From an uncultured bacterium (GTDB taxonomy: Bacteria; Vulcanimicrobiota; Xenobia; Xenobiales; Xenobiaceae), in the NCBI GenBank assembly GCA_934636825.1, contig CAKUBG010000005.1, positions 47,491 through 111,490 on the forward strand: 64,000 nucleotides of DNA, written 5' to 3'. Positions 39,099 to 49,500 of the stretch are shown piece after piece. The notes beneath the pieces are model-generated. The model saw only the letters and a program-made list of their open reading frames with translations. It searched no databases and was not told where the DNA came from. A program made the position numbers and the translations under genes. Within the stretch, counting starts at the first letter, position 1. Each line of letters starts with the position of its first letter.

Positions 39099-39224
39099 TT
39101 CGATTAAACTGACAGTTTGAAAAAATACAGCTTGTCCGCCCAAATAAAAACGGCGGGCAGCTGGATTATAGTAAGAGCTTCTGCTAAGCTCGTACAACAA
39201 GTCTAATTTGGAGGAACAAATATT

Positions 39225-39995
39225 ATGATGCGTTCGCTTTATACTGCTGCTTCCGGTATGATGGCCCAGCAGATGAATATGGATAATATTTCCAACAACC
39301 TGGCTAACGTACAGTCCACCGGTTTCAAGAAAACCCGCGTAGATTTCCAGGACTTGCTCTATGCTACTATGCAAGATCCCGGCACTGAAGCTACTGCTGG
39401 TACCCAGATCGGTATGGGTGTTCGCGCTTCTTCTACCGAGCGTATGTTCTCTCAAGGCTCCTTGCAGAAAACCGGCAACCCTTACGATGTAGCTATCCAG
39501 GGTGATGGCTTCTTCAAAGTCAGCATGCCCGACGGTACTTCCGCTTACACTCGTGATGGCGCTTTCAAATACGATGGCGACAAAGGCGAGATCGTAACCA
39601 GCGCTGGTCAGTCACTCGGCATTGCCGTTCCTAAAGATGTAACCAATATCGAAGTTCGCCCCAACGGTGAAGTTTTCGGTGTGCGTATCGATGGCGACGG
39701 TCAGCCCGAAAAGATCGCTCAGGTAAAACTCACCCGCTTCCTTAATCCTGCTGGCTTACAGGCTATCGGTGGCAACCTCTATGTTGAGACTCCCGTCGCT
39801 GGCGCCAAAACTGAGAGTATCCCCGGTGAAGATGGTTTAGGCGTTTTGGCTCAGGGTCACCTCGAGAAATCCAATATCAACGTAGTTGAGGAAATGATTT
39901 CTATCGTTCAGGCTCAGCGCGCTTTTGAAATGAACCAGAAGGGCGTCCAAGCTGCTGACGAAATGATGAGAATGACCAACCAGCTTCAGAGCTAG
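39225..39995 (+). CDS. flgG: flagellar basal-body rod protein FlgG
   Basis: MMRSLYTAASGMMAQQ...NNLANV.STGFK...LEKSNINVVEEMISIVQAQRAFEMNQK is near-canonical FlgG. Confidence 0.92.
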   Translation: MMRSLYTAASGMMAQQMNMDNISNNLANVQSTGFKKTRVDFQDLLYATMQDPGTEATAGTQIGMGVRASSTERMFSQGSLQKTGNPYDVAIQGDGFFKVSMPDGTSAYTRDGAFKYDGDKGEIVTSAGQSLGIAVPKDVTNIEVRPNGEVFGVRIDGDGQPEKIAQVKLTRFLNPAGLQAIGGNLYVETPVAGAKTESIPGEDGLGVLAQGHLEKSNINVVEEMISIVQAQRAFEMNQKGVQAADEMMRMTNQLQS

Positions 39996-40065
39996 TTTCG
40001 ATTGATATTTTGACCTCTGCGTCTGAATATAATCGGGCGCTTGGGGTATCTATTTGGAGGCTATT

Positions 40066-40374
40066 ATGCAGATTGAAGGCTTTACCCCTGAACCTTTAGC
40101 CCAGGCTGCCACTTCTTCTGCCCCTTCCAAGGCACAAGATGAAGCTAAGCTTCGTGAAGCTTGTCAGCAAATGGAAAGCGTTTTCCTCAACCAGATGCTT
40201 GCTCAGATGCGCAAATGCAGCGGTGCTGGCGAAGAAGGCGGACTTTTCGGAGGCAAGGATCAAGAAATGTTCCAAGGAATGCTCGATCAAGAGAGAGCTA
40301 AGGCTTGGTCGCAGAATGGCGGCGTAGGTCTGGCTAGCATCCTTTTCGAGCAAATGAAGGGACAACAAATGTAG
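40066..40374 (+). CDS. rod-binding protein (FlgJ N-terminal domain only / CheL-like), with no muramidase domain
   Basis: 102 aa. REACQQMESVFLNQMLAQMRK...GGVGLASILFEQM matches the Rod-binding domain. GGAGG RBS 5 nt before the ATG at 40066. Confidence 0.7.
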   Translation: MQIEGFTPEPLAQAATSSAPSKAQDEAKLREACQQMESVFLNQMLAQMRKCSGAGEEGGLFGGKDQEMFQGMLDQERAKAWSQNGGVGLASILFEQMKGQQM

Positions 40375-40428
40375 CCAAAGTACGGCTTTTGCCGCTGTTA
40401 GCGTCGGAGCTTCGTATCTATTTTAAGC

Positions 40429-40480
40429 AAAATGGGCTGCGCTAAGTTGTTTGACAACTCGGCACAGCCCATTTAATTTT
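40429..40480 (+). terminator. rho-independent terminator after the rod-gene block
   Basis: AATGGGCTG...CAGCCCATT stem followed by TAATTTT. Confidence 0.5.
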
Positions 40481-40618
40481 ATACTAAGTTTACTTAAAAA
40501 GTTGAAAGGAAGAAAAGGCCTTTTGGGAAATAAAACTCCCGTCGTCAGTTGATTATTGACGCTATGTTAAAGGCGCTTTTTATCTTTTTGCTAATCCATA
40601 TTTGAACGGAATCCTCGC

Positions 40619-41419
40619 TTGACAGACAAGAAAGTGGACATAGGGCTTCTGTGGCAGCAGTACAAAAATACTGGAGATCCAGAGCTGCAAGAGCGGTTGG
40701 TTGAATATTATCTGCCGCTTGTGAGAGGATTGGCCGCTAAAGTTTTTACCAAAATCAATTGCTCGGCCGAGATGGATGATCTTGTCAGCGACGGTTTGTT
40801 TGGGTTGCTAAGAGCCATTGAAGGTTTTGAACTCAGCCGCGGATTCAAGTTCGAAACCTATGCCGTTCCCGTAGTGCGCGGCGCCATATATAACGGTTTA
40901 CGTCGCATGGACTGGTTGCCAGAGCGCACCAGATGCAAAGCCAGAGCTTTGCAAAAAGCTATCGATAAAATTGCTTCTATGAGCGGTCGCCAGCCTACTG
41001 AAGAAGAGTTGGCTCAAGAACTAAAAATATCGGCTGGAGAAGTTTTTGATTTAATTTCTTGTTTGGGCTGTGTGTATCTTTTGTCGTTAGATCAGCCCTT
41101 AAACGCGTCTGATACTACCGAAGGTACTATTATGGATGTGGTACCTGCCGATCCTGGTTTTTCCGATCCTTCTCGCGAATTGGAATTTTCTGAAGAACGA
41201 AATTGCCTTTGTGCTGCCATAAACAAATTGGATGAACGTGAGCAATTTTTGATCAAAATGCATTATTTTAATGGCGTTACTTTTGAAAAAATTTCCCGTG
41301 CTCTGGGAGTTTCCAAGCAACGTATTTCACAAATGCATTCTCGGGCCGTTAAGCGTTTGCGTGATTCGCTTAAAGAAGAAGATATTTCCAGTGAAGCTAT
41401 GGCCGGCTTTTTTGTTTAG
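40619..41419 (+). CDS. fliA: flagellar sigma factor FliA/sigma-28 (sigma-70 family, group 3)
   Basis: Region 2 (YYLPLVRGLAAKV...DLVSDGLFGLLRAIEGFE...FETYAVPVVRGAI) and the region 4 HTH (ISRALGVSKQRISQMHSRAVKRLR) are both present. Non-ATG start: TTG at 40619 or a nearby GTG. Confidence 0.88.
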   Translation: MTDKKVDIGLLWQQYKNTGDPELQERLVEYYLPLVRGLAAKVFTKINCSAEMDDLVSDGLFGLLRAIEGFELSRGFKFETYAVPVVRGAIYNGLRRMDWLPERTRCKARALQKAIDKIASMSGRQPTEEELAQELKISAGEVFDLISCLGCVYLLSLDQPLNASDTTEGTIMDVVPADPGFSDPSRELEFSEERNCLCAAINKLDEREQFLIKMHYFNGVTFEKISRALGVSKQRISQMHSRAVKRLRDSLKEEDISSEAMAGFFV

Positions 41420-41552
41420 TTTAGTTCTGTACCGTGTTTGTAGAGGGAAAAGGCTTAGGGCGTTGAACGTTTTAAGCCATTTTTTGTGTCCGCTCGGCTT
41501 ATTTTTTTTGTCGCGCCGGCGGTTAGATGAACTTTTTTTAGGAGCGTAGGTT

Positions 41553-42887
41553 ATGGCCTCCAGTAGACGTAAATCTACCGATAACGTACAGCGCAAGGCT
41601 GTGCGTCAGGTGGATGCTGAAGTGCGCGAAATATCTCTACAGGAGAAGCGCAGAAATATTTTTATCCAAATCGGAGTTTGGTTTCTGGTTATCGCCTTTT
41701 GTATGACTTCCGGCATTATGTGCTTCGCTATTGGAGGTCCTGAAGATCAAGATGGCCAAGGACAAACTCAGGGTGCCGTTGATGAAATTCAAAGTGAAAT
41801 CGATCGCTACACCAAAGAAGTTGGCACCGATGCCAGCAACGTAGAAGCTTTGGCTAACTTGGGCTATTACTGGATGCAGAAGGGCGATACCCTTTCCACT
41901 GCCGAATCCCTCAAACAAGAAGCCAAAACCAAAGCCGCTATCGACAAAGATTTAGCCAGTAAAGGACAAACTCCGGCCGCCGATAAGGACGCCAAAAAGG
42001 AAATGTCCAGAGAAGAAGCTTACGCCAATGCGCGCACTTATCTCACTCAGGCTTTAGGCATCGACCAGAATTATTTGCTCGCCAAAAAGACTTTGGCTGA
42101 TTTGGAAATTCGTGAAAACCACGAAGATGCTGCCATCAAGTTATACCAAGACATTATTAAGTTCTGCGAGCAGCCTCTCAAACTCAACCCTGGCGACGAT
42201 GAGACTACTATTAAAACCAGTCGCAATGTACAAAAGGTTGAGGCTGAAGTTCAGTTAGCTCGTTTGTATGGTAGCAAAGCACAATACAAAGAAGCTATGC
42301 CTCTCCTGGATGATGCTGTCAAGATCGACCCAGGCAATATTGGCGCCTATCATGTCAAAGCGATAATCTCCTTTGAGAATAAAGATAACGCTGAAGGCGT
42401 AAAAGCTATGAACAACGCTATTCTTATTGCCAAGAATATGGGCGAAATGGATCAGGCTATCCAACTTTGTCTTGAGTTGGCTCAAATTCAGCTTAGCAAA
42501 AACAATGATAAGGCTGCAGCTAAAAAAGCTTACGAAGAAGCTCGCGATATGATCCCCGCTAATATGGGTGGACAAGCTGCGCAAATGCGCTCTGCCATGC
42601 AAGCTATGATCGATGAGCTCGATGGCAAGAAGCCTGCTGCCCCTGCCAAGGCTTCTTCCGCCAAGGCTGCTGCTTCCGCTACTGAAGCTACTCCTACTGA
42701 AGCTCCCGCTGCTGAGGCTACTCCTGCTGAAGCTCCCGCTGCTGAGGCTACTCCTGCTGAAGCTCCCGCTGTTGAAGCTACTCCTGCAGAAGCTCCCGCT
42801 GCCGAAGCTGCTCCTGCCGAGGCTCCCGCTACTGAAGCTGTTCCCATTGAAGCTCCCGCTTCCGAAGCTTCTGCAACCAATAATTAG
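41553..42887 (+). CDS. membrane-anchored TPR-like protein with a C-terminal (EATPAEAPAA)n low-complexity tail
   Basis: N-terminal TM (IGVWFLVIAFCMTSGIMCFAIGG), TPR-like helical repeats, and a C-terminus encoded by 6.5 tandem 30 bp repeats. AGGAG RBS upstream. Confidence 0.55.
   Translation: MASSRRKSTDNVQRKAVRQVDAEVREISLQEKRRNIFIQIGVWFLVIAFCMTSGIMCFAIGGPEDQDGQGQTQGAVDEIQSEIDRYTKEVGTDASNVEALANLGYYWMQKGDTLSTAESLKQEAKTKAAIDKDLASKGQTPAADKDAKKEMSREEAYANARTYLTQALGIDQNYLLAKKTLADLEIRENHEDAAIKLYQDIIKFCEQPLKLNPGDDETTIKTSRNVQKVEAEVQLARLYGSKAQYKEAMPLLDDAVKIDPGNIGAYHVKAIISFENKDNAEGVKAMNNAILIAKNMGEMDQAIQLCLELAQIQLSKNNDKAAAKKAYEEARDMIPANMGGQAAQMRSAMQAMIDELDGKKPAAPAKASSAKAAASATEATPTEAPAAEATPAEAPAAEATPAEAPAVEATPAEAPAAEAAPAEAPATEAVPIEAPASEASATNN
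42684..42878 (+). repeat. in-frame tandem repeat, 30 bp x 6.5 (15 bp sub-period), encoding E-A-T-P-A-E-A-P-A-A
   Basis: Direct reading of the sequence: gaagctactcctgctgaagctcccgctgct units with point variants. Confidence 0.85.
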
Positions 42888-42999
42888 TCAAATTTGACTT
42901 ATAATAAGAGCCTTCGGCTACGGCTTTAATTAGCTCTAGACGGAGGCTCTTTCACCTTTTAGAACATATTTGCGAGAAAGGAACTCAGAACTAAAGCAT

Positions 43000-44535
43000 A
43001 TGGCTAAAAATATTACTACCCGAGCTAAAGATTATTCTCAATGGTACCTTGATGTTATTAAAGCTGCCGAATTAGCTGACTATTCTCCGGTGCGTGGTTG
43101 CATGGTGATTCGTCCTTATGGCTATGCCATGTGGGAAGCTATTCAGCGTGATATGGATCGCCGTTTTAAAGCTACCGGCCACGTCAATGCTTATTTCCCT
43201 CTTTTAATTCCGGTGAGCTTTTTGGAAAAAGAAGCCCAGCATGTTGAGGGCTTTGCCATGGAATGTGCTGTTGTCACCCATTCTTCTTTGAAAAAAGGTG
43301 AAGACGGTCGTTTAGCAGCCAGCTCTACTTTGCCTGAACCTTTTGTGGTGCGTCCTACTTCTGAAACTATTATCGGCCATATGTACTCTCAATGGATTCA
43401 GAGCTATCGCGATTTGCCTGTATTAATTAACCAATGGGCCAATGTTATGCGTTGGGAGATGCGCACTCGTCTTTTCTTGCGCACTTCTGAGTTCTTATGG
43501 CAAGAGGGCCACACAGCTCATGAAACTGCCGAAGAAGCTGAAGAAGAAACCAAGAAAATGCTTAATGTTTATGCCAAGTTCGCTCATGATTTCTTGGCTA
43601 TGCCTGTGGTTCAGGGACGCAAAACTGAAAGCGAAAAATTCCCTGGTGCTGTAAGAACTTATGCTATTGAAGCTCTTATGCAAGATGGCAAAGCTTTACA
43701 AGCCGGTACTTCACATTTCTTAGGTCAGAATTTTGCCAAAGCCTTCGATATTAAATACTTAGACAGAGAAAATCAGTTGCGCCATTGCTGGACTACTTCT
43801 TGGGGTGTCTCTACTCGTTTAATCGGCGGTTTGATTATGACCCACTCCGATGACGAAGGTTTGGTTTTGCCTCCTAAGGTCGCTTCTACTGTTGGCGCTG
43901 TAGTGCCTATCTATCGTTCTGATGACGAAAAAGAACAAGTTATTGCCTATTGCAAACGTTTGGTCGGTGAAATTTGTGGCCAAGAGCGTTTGGAAGCTGC
44001 TTTGGAACGTGACAAGAACAGAGAGATCGTCTCCATCTTTATCGATGACTCGGCAACACAAAAGATTGTGCTCGATTTGCGTGAAGGACGCGCTGTCGAG
44101 AAGCACTTTTATTGGGAGCAGCGCGGCGTACCTTTCCGCTTTGAAGTTGGTCCTCGCGATGTGGCTGGCGAAGCCTTTGTACTCAAAGTACGTCATGACA
44201 ACAGCAAACAATTTTGCAAGATTGCTGAAGTCAGCCATCCTTGGTTCATGGCCAAAATGGACGAAGTACAAGAAGCTATGTACCAGAAAGCCCTCAAATA
44301 TCGTGAAGAGCGCACTGTCGACGTCAATACTTACGATGAATTAAAGGAAGCTCTTATTAAGGGCGGTTTTGTACGCTGCTGGTTCAAAGAGAATCTCGAA
44401 GCTGAAGCCAAGATCAAAGAAGAGACAAAAGCTGCCGTTCGCTGTGTTCCTTTCGAACAAACTGGTGAAACTGGTAAATGCATTTACAGTGGTGAAGAGA
44501 CTAACGAGAAAGTGCTTTTTGCTTTAGCCTACTAG
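43000..44535 (+). CDS. proS: proline--tRNA ligase, archaeal/eukaryotic-type class II (no bacterial INS editing domain)
   Basis: The protein is about 511 aa and begins MAKNITTRAKDYSQWYLDV...RPYGYAMWE, the ProRS 'arch' type. C-terminal zinc-binding domain ends ...CIYSGEETNEKVLFALAY. Confidence 0.92.
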   Translation: MAKNITTRAKDYSQWYLDVIKAAELADYSPVRGCMVIRPYGYAMWEAIQRDMDRRFKATGHVNAYFPLLIPVSFLEKEAQHVEGFAMECAVVTHSSLKKGEDGRLAASSTLPEPFVVRPTSETIIGHMYSQWIQSYRDLPVLINQWANVMRWEMRTRLFLRTSEFLWQEGHTAHETAEEAEEETKKMLNVYAKFAHDFLAMPVVQGRKTESEKFPGAVRTYAIEALMQDGKALQAGTSHFLGQNFAKAFDIKYLDRENQLRHCWTTSWGVSTRLIGGLIMTHSDDEGLVLPPKVASTVGAVVPIYRSDDEKEQVIAYCKRLVGEICGQERLEAALERDKNREIVSIFIDDSATQKIVLDLREGRAVEKHFYWEQRGVPFRFEVGPRDVAGEAFVLKVRHDNSKQFCKIAEVSHPWFMAKMDEVQEAMYQKALKYREERTVDVNTYDELKEALIKGGFVRCWFKENLEAEAKIKEETKAAVRCVPFEQTGETGKCIYSGEETNEKVLFALAY

Positions 44536-44577
44536 GCGTTAGCGTCTAACCTATTGTATCTATAGTTAATGAAAAGA

Positions 44578-44636
44578 GGCGTTGGCCGTATTTCAAGCTG
44601 CTTAGCTTGAAAGTTGTACGGTGGACGCCTTTTTTG
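44578..44636 (+). terminator. rho-independent terminator after proS
   Basis: GGCGTTGGCCGTA...TACGGTGGACGCC stem followed by TTTTTTGTT. Confidence 0.65.
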
Positions 44637-44918
44637 TTGAGGCAGGAGGATTCTTGATTTCGCTAGAATTTACCCAGAAGCGTTGTGAGGCCCCTTGCTT
44701 CGGTTATAGGCATATGAGGCGCGGTCAGCGGATGGGTGGGGCGTCATCCATGGCAAAGAGAGCCGGTTGAGTCTCGTTTTGGGCGAGCGAAGTTTGTTCA
44801 CTTTCCTGAATCCCCCAGTTTTTTCGTATGGGGAATACGTCCAAAAGCCGTTGCCTTTAGGTGATGGGCTGTTCACAGTTTTTTGTAGATTAAAGGGACG
44901 GATAGCGAGATTTCGTTT

Positions 44919-46361
44919 ATGTTGAAAATTATCAAAAAGCAATTGCCTGTAGAACTTAATGAAGAAATGGCCTCCAACCTGAGGCAGAGCTTGCAGGCTC
45001 GTTACAATTCTTTGCTTCACAGAGTACGTTTGGAATATCTGAATCGCTTAGGTTTAGAGCCGAACTCGTGCGATTTTATGGAAGCTTTGAAGGATGCTCC
45101 TCTCATGCTGGGAGAGCTTTACTTGCCCGAAGCCGGTACGATTTTCTACATTAAAGCCAAGCGCGGTGAGGCTTTGATTCAGGCCGGAGTTATCACTAAT
45201 GACGAAACTCGCGACGTTGACGAATTTTTCAACGAAGTACGTGATATTTTAGCCGGTATTTGCGACAACTTGCCTTCTTGGCAACTCAGCACCGACTTGC
45301 TTCCTTTGGAAATTGAAGATGCTGAAGTCGATCCCAATCCTGCTACCGAAGAGCAATTAGCTGCAGCCAAGATGCTTATGGATCGCGAATCCCGTCAGCT
45401 TTTGGAGCAGATCAAAGATGCTGGCTCGATCTTTTTAAACAAAATCGAGTGTCCCGATCGCGACCTCTTGGAGAGACGTATCCATAACTTCAAAGATTTA
45501 GGTCTTTTGAATATGGATTACGCTGTACTTTGTCATCGCACCGGTCAGCAAATATTGCGTGTAGCAGATAAGGCCACCATTGATGAGAGTTCCCAGAAAG
45601 CCTTTAAGTGCTTTATTTGTGGCAGCCCTCTTTCTGATGAAATTATTGAAGAAGTATTGGCTTGCACTGACAGCGGTGTAAATATGCTTAGCGATCGCAC
45701 TTGGTTGCTCATTTTGGTGCGTGGCATCCTGGCCGAATTGGGTATTCCCGGTAGCGCCATGAAGATTTATCGCAGCCAGAATTTGCCTGTCCAAATCTTC
45801 CTCTCTATTAACGGTTTGCGCTATCTCTTGGTTCTGTGCACCGATCCCATGACCTTGGATCAGGCTTATCTAGTAGGCGCCCACTTGGCTGCTTACAAGC
45901 TGGACAGCGCAATTATTATTTCTACCGAAAAAATTACTACTCTTATGCGCTCTCATTTGGAGCAAACCAATCCTCAGGCCAAGTTTGAGTTCTTGGACAG
46001 AATGGAAGAGCTTAGCGCTCGTTTGCAGCGCATAATTATCGATCAGCAGCGCGATTTCCTCAGTAAGCAGCTTGAGGATATGGTTTCCCTTACCAAAGTT
46101 GATATTTCTCCTTTGGTTTTGCAGCGCATGCTCCCTATTCCCGAAAATTTAAAGGACGTAGTTGTCAAAGAAGAACCCGCTGTAACTTCGGCTCCTGCTG
46201 AGATTCACATTAGTGAATCCAAGGATGTCGAGAAAACAGAAGTTGCCAACCAGGCTCCCGCTGCACCGGAAGTAGCAGTTGAGGCCGTTGCCGAGCCCGT
46301 TTCTGAGAATGTAGTTTTGGAGATACCTTCTAAGGGCGGCAAGAAAGGCAAAAAGCATTAG
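44919..46361 (+). CDS. hypothetical protein (480 aa), no recognised domain
   Basis: Long ORF with coding-like composition. It has a possible C/H...CxxC half-site (LCHRTG...CFICGS) and an acidic low-complexity C-terminus ending in KGGKKGKKH. Confidence 0.5.
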   Translation: MLKIIKKQLPVELNEEMASNLRQSLQARYNSLLHRVRLEYLNRLGLEPNSCDFMEALKDAPLMLGELYLPEAGTIFYIKAKRGEALIQAGVITNDETRDVDEFFNEVRDILAGICDNLPSWQLSTDLLPLEIEDAEVDPNPATEEQLAAAKMLMDRESRQLLEQIKDAGSIFLNKIECPDRDLLERRIHNFKDLGLLNMDYAVLCHRTGQQILRVADKATIDESSQKAFKCFICGSPLSDEIIEEVLACTDSGVNMLSDRTWLLILVRGILAELGIPGSAMKIYRSQNLPVQIFLSINGLRYLLVLCTDPMTLDQAYLVGAHLAAYKLDSAIIISTEKITTLMRSHLEQTNPQAKFEFLDRMEELSARLQRIIIDQQRDFLSKQLEDMVSLTKVDISPLVLQRMLPIPENLKDVVVKEEPAVTSAPAEIHISESKDVEKTEVANQAPAAPEVAVEAVAEPVSENVVLEIPSKGGKKGKKH

Positions 46362-46509
46362 GCTGTCTAGGCATTGTCGATATGGGGGGAAAATTGCAGG
46401 GGCTCTTCCGTTACTTTTATGAGTATCGGTGGGCTCTTGTGCTTTTTTATGGTTCTGTTGGGAAGTTCGTTCTTTAGCAAATTGATTATTTTTTTTAGAG
46501 GTGAACTTT

Positions 46510-49500
46510 ATGAAAGCAGTGATTATGGCCGGTGGTGAAGGTACTCGCTTGCGTCCTTTGACAGTAAGCAGACCTAAGCCTATGGTTCCTGTATGTAACC
46601 GCCCGGTTATGGAATATACCTTAGACTTGCTCAAGCGCTACGGAATCGATACGGTTGTAGTTACTTTGCACTATAAAGCTGAAGATATTATTTCTTACTT
46701 CGGCGATGGAACTGACTTCGGCCTTAAAATTGTTTACTCTATCGAGAGTTCCCCTATGGGCACTGCTGGTAGTGTCAAGCAAATTCAAGATACTGTTGGA
46801 GACGATACTTTTTTAGTAATTAGCGGTGATGGCTTAACCGATATAGACTTAGGACGAGCTGTCGCTTTTCATAAAGAAAAGAGATCTACAGCTACCCTGG
46901 TATTAATGCGAGTTAATAACCCCTTAGAGTACGGAGTAGTTATCACTAACGAAAATAATGCTATCGAACGCTTTTTAGAAAAGCCTTCCTGGGGTGAAGT
47001 ATTCTCTGATCAAGTCAATACCGGCATCTATATATTGGAGCCTGAAATTTTTAACTTGATGGAGAAGGGGCGCAGCTACGATTTCTCTCGTGATATATTC
47101 CCCAAACTTTTAGAGCAGAAAAAAGGCTTATACGGCTATGTGGCCGGAGGCTACTGGTGTGATATTGGTGATATTGACCACTATGCTAGCGCCCACCGTG
47201 ATATGTTTGACGGAAAAGTGCTTCAGGAAATGGTCGGTACCCAGCGTACTCCCGGTGTGTGGATTGGCGAAGGTACCAAAATAGATCCTACGGCTGTTTT
47301 AGAAGCACCTTTGATGATTGGTCGCAACTGTCGTATTGGTGCCCATACCTACATTTCTTCTTATACTTGTATTGGTGACAATTGCATTATCGAAGAAGAT
47401 GTCAATTTGCAGCGCGATATTATTTTTAATAATGTCTTTATTGGCAGCAAGAGCAATTGCGTGGGAGCGATTATCTGTCGTCAGTGCACTATAAAATCAG
47501 GGGTTACTTTAAATGACAGTTCCGTTATCGGTGAAAATGTCTTTATCGGTCGCGGAGCTACGGTGCGCAACCAAATTTCAATTTGGCCGGATAAGAATAT
47601 CCCTGATGGTTCCACTATTTCTGAAAACTTAGTTTGGGGTAAGAAAAACTCTGAAACTCTCTTCGGTCGCGATAGTATTACCGGTTTGGGCAATTTGGAA
47701 ATCACTCCCGAATTTGCTATGAAATTGGGGGCTGCTTTCGGTACGTCTTTGCCTAAGGGCTCTACAGTGACCGTTTCTCGCGATTCACGTCCCGTTAGCC
47801 GTTTGATCAACCGTGCTATTATTAGTGGTCTAAGCTCTGTAGGTGTCAATATCCTCGATTTGCGCCTTTTGCCTGCTGCTGTCAGCCGCTATATTGTCAG
47901 TGTCACCAAAGCTGTTGGTGGTATCCATACTCGCGTATATCGCGATGAGTCACGCTTAGTAGAAATTGAATTCTTCGATGAATCAGGTATCAATATTGAC
48001 AAAATCCGCCAGCGCAAAGTAGAAAACTCCTTTGTGCGCCAAGACTTCCGTCGTACCGATGTCGATGAAGTTGGTATTATCAGCTATTTGGATACTAGTA
48101 TTGATAAATATATTGAAGGATTTATCAGCCACTTAGATACCAAGAGTATAAAAGAGGCCAATTTTAAAGTCGTTATTGACTACTCTTATGGTACGGCTTG
48201 CCAAGTTTTGCCTTTCATTCTCAACCGTTTGGGTGTAGAAACCGTATCTATCAATGCCTATGTAGACTATGACAAAGCTAGAGAAGCGCAAGAAAAGAAA
48301 GATGAAGCTTTGCGCCAGCTTTCCAATATTGTTAAGCCTATTGGAGCCAACTTGGGCATTATCATGGATGCCGACGCCGAGCGTATCTACTTAGTAGATG
48401 AAGAGGGCACAGCTATAAAAGGTACTAACTTGCTGGCTTTGGTAGCTCTTATGGTTTTCAGACGTAATAAAGATGCTTTGGTCGCTGTGCCTATCAGTGT
48501 GCCTGGCATTATGGAAAAATTGGCCCAACAGCAGCATGGCAAAATTATCCGCACCAAAACGGATTATCGCTCTATTATGCACAGTGCAGTAGTCAGTGAA
48601 GGGCGTATTGCCTTGGCCGGTACCTCTTCCGGAGCTTTTGTTTTTCCCAAATTCTCTCCCGGTTTTGATGCTATGTTCCTTTTGGCTCAAATGCTGGAAA
48701 TGATGGCTTTCGATAAGCGTAAGCTTTCCGAAATAGCTAAGGCTATTCCGCCTCACTATTCACTTTCCGGCAGTGTTGAATGCAATTGGTCGGAAAAAGC
48801 TAAGGTTATGCGCCTTTTAGTAGAGCGTTATCGTGACGAAAAGTTGGAACTTTTAGACGGTGTGCGTATCGATTTTGATGATGATTCCTCTATTTTGATG
48901 GTGCCTCATCCTTCTTTGGCTCGCATTAACGTTTGGACTGACGCTTCTTCTAAAGAAAGAGCTAAAGCTCTTATGGAGCGGGCTCGCTTTGTTATTCCTC
49001 AATTGGCTAGCGCCGATGAAAATGCTGTGAAAATGGAGCGGCAAGAGGACGATCAGCACAAAATGATTAGTCCTACTACTAATATTTCGGAGGAAAGAGC
49101 TTTCCATTTTTGGATACCCGGACGCTACTTAGGAGTGCAAGTGCGCAGCTTGCGCAGTTTCGTTGATGTTTTACATTATATAGAAACTGCTTCTTTGGAA
49201 TATCACATGGAACGCAACGATTTTGCTAATTGGCTCAGAACTGAACTGGGGCGTTATTTAGTCGCTTTGGATTTGGAGCAAATAAGCAAAGCTCGCTATA
49301 AAGGAGAAGAATTACGCCGCCATATTTTGGAGTGTTTCGGAGAAGCTACTTCTTCAAGTTCTGCGACTGAGCAAGCAGAAGGCGACGAATTGGAAGAAGC
49401 CCATTTAAAAATAGATGATGCTCCGGCAGTAAAAACTATAGGAGGCATTAAGTTCGCCCCGCACTATCAGAGCGATGACAATGAAGTTGCCGACTCTACA

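Noticed and set aside
42684-42878. Regularly spaced 30 bp direct repeats, considered as a possible CRISPR array.
   Set aside because: The units are contiguous with no spacers, in frame within a CDS, and encode an E-A-T-P-A peptide repeat. There are no cas genes nearby.
44700-44900. The sequence cctgaatcccccag, resembling a tRNA/tmRNA T-arm.
   Set aside because: There is no GTTCGAATCC core, no acceptor stem or CCA context, and no tag-peptide reading frame. It is not a tmRNA or tRNA.
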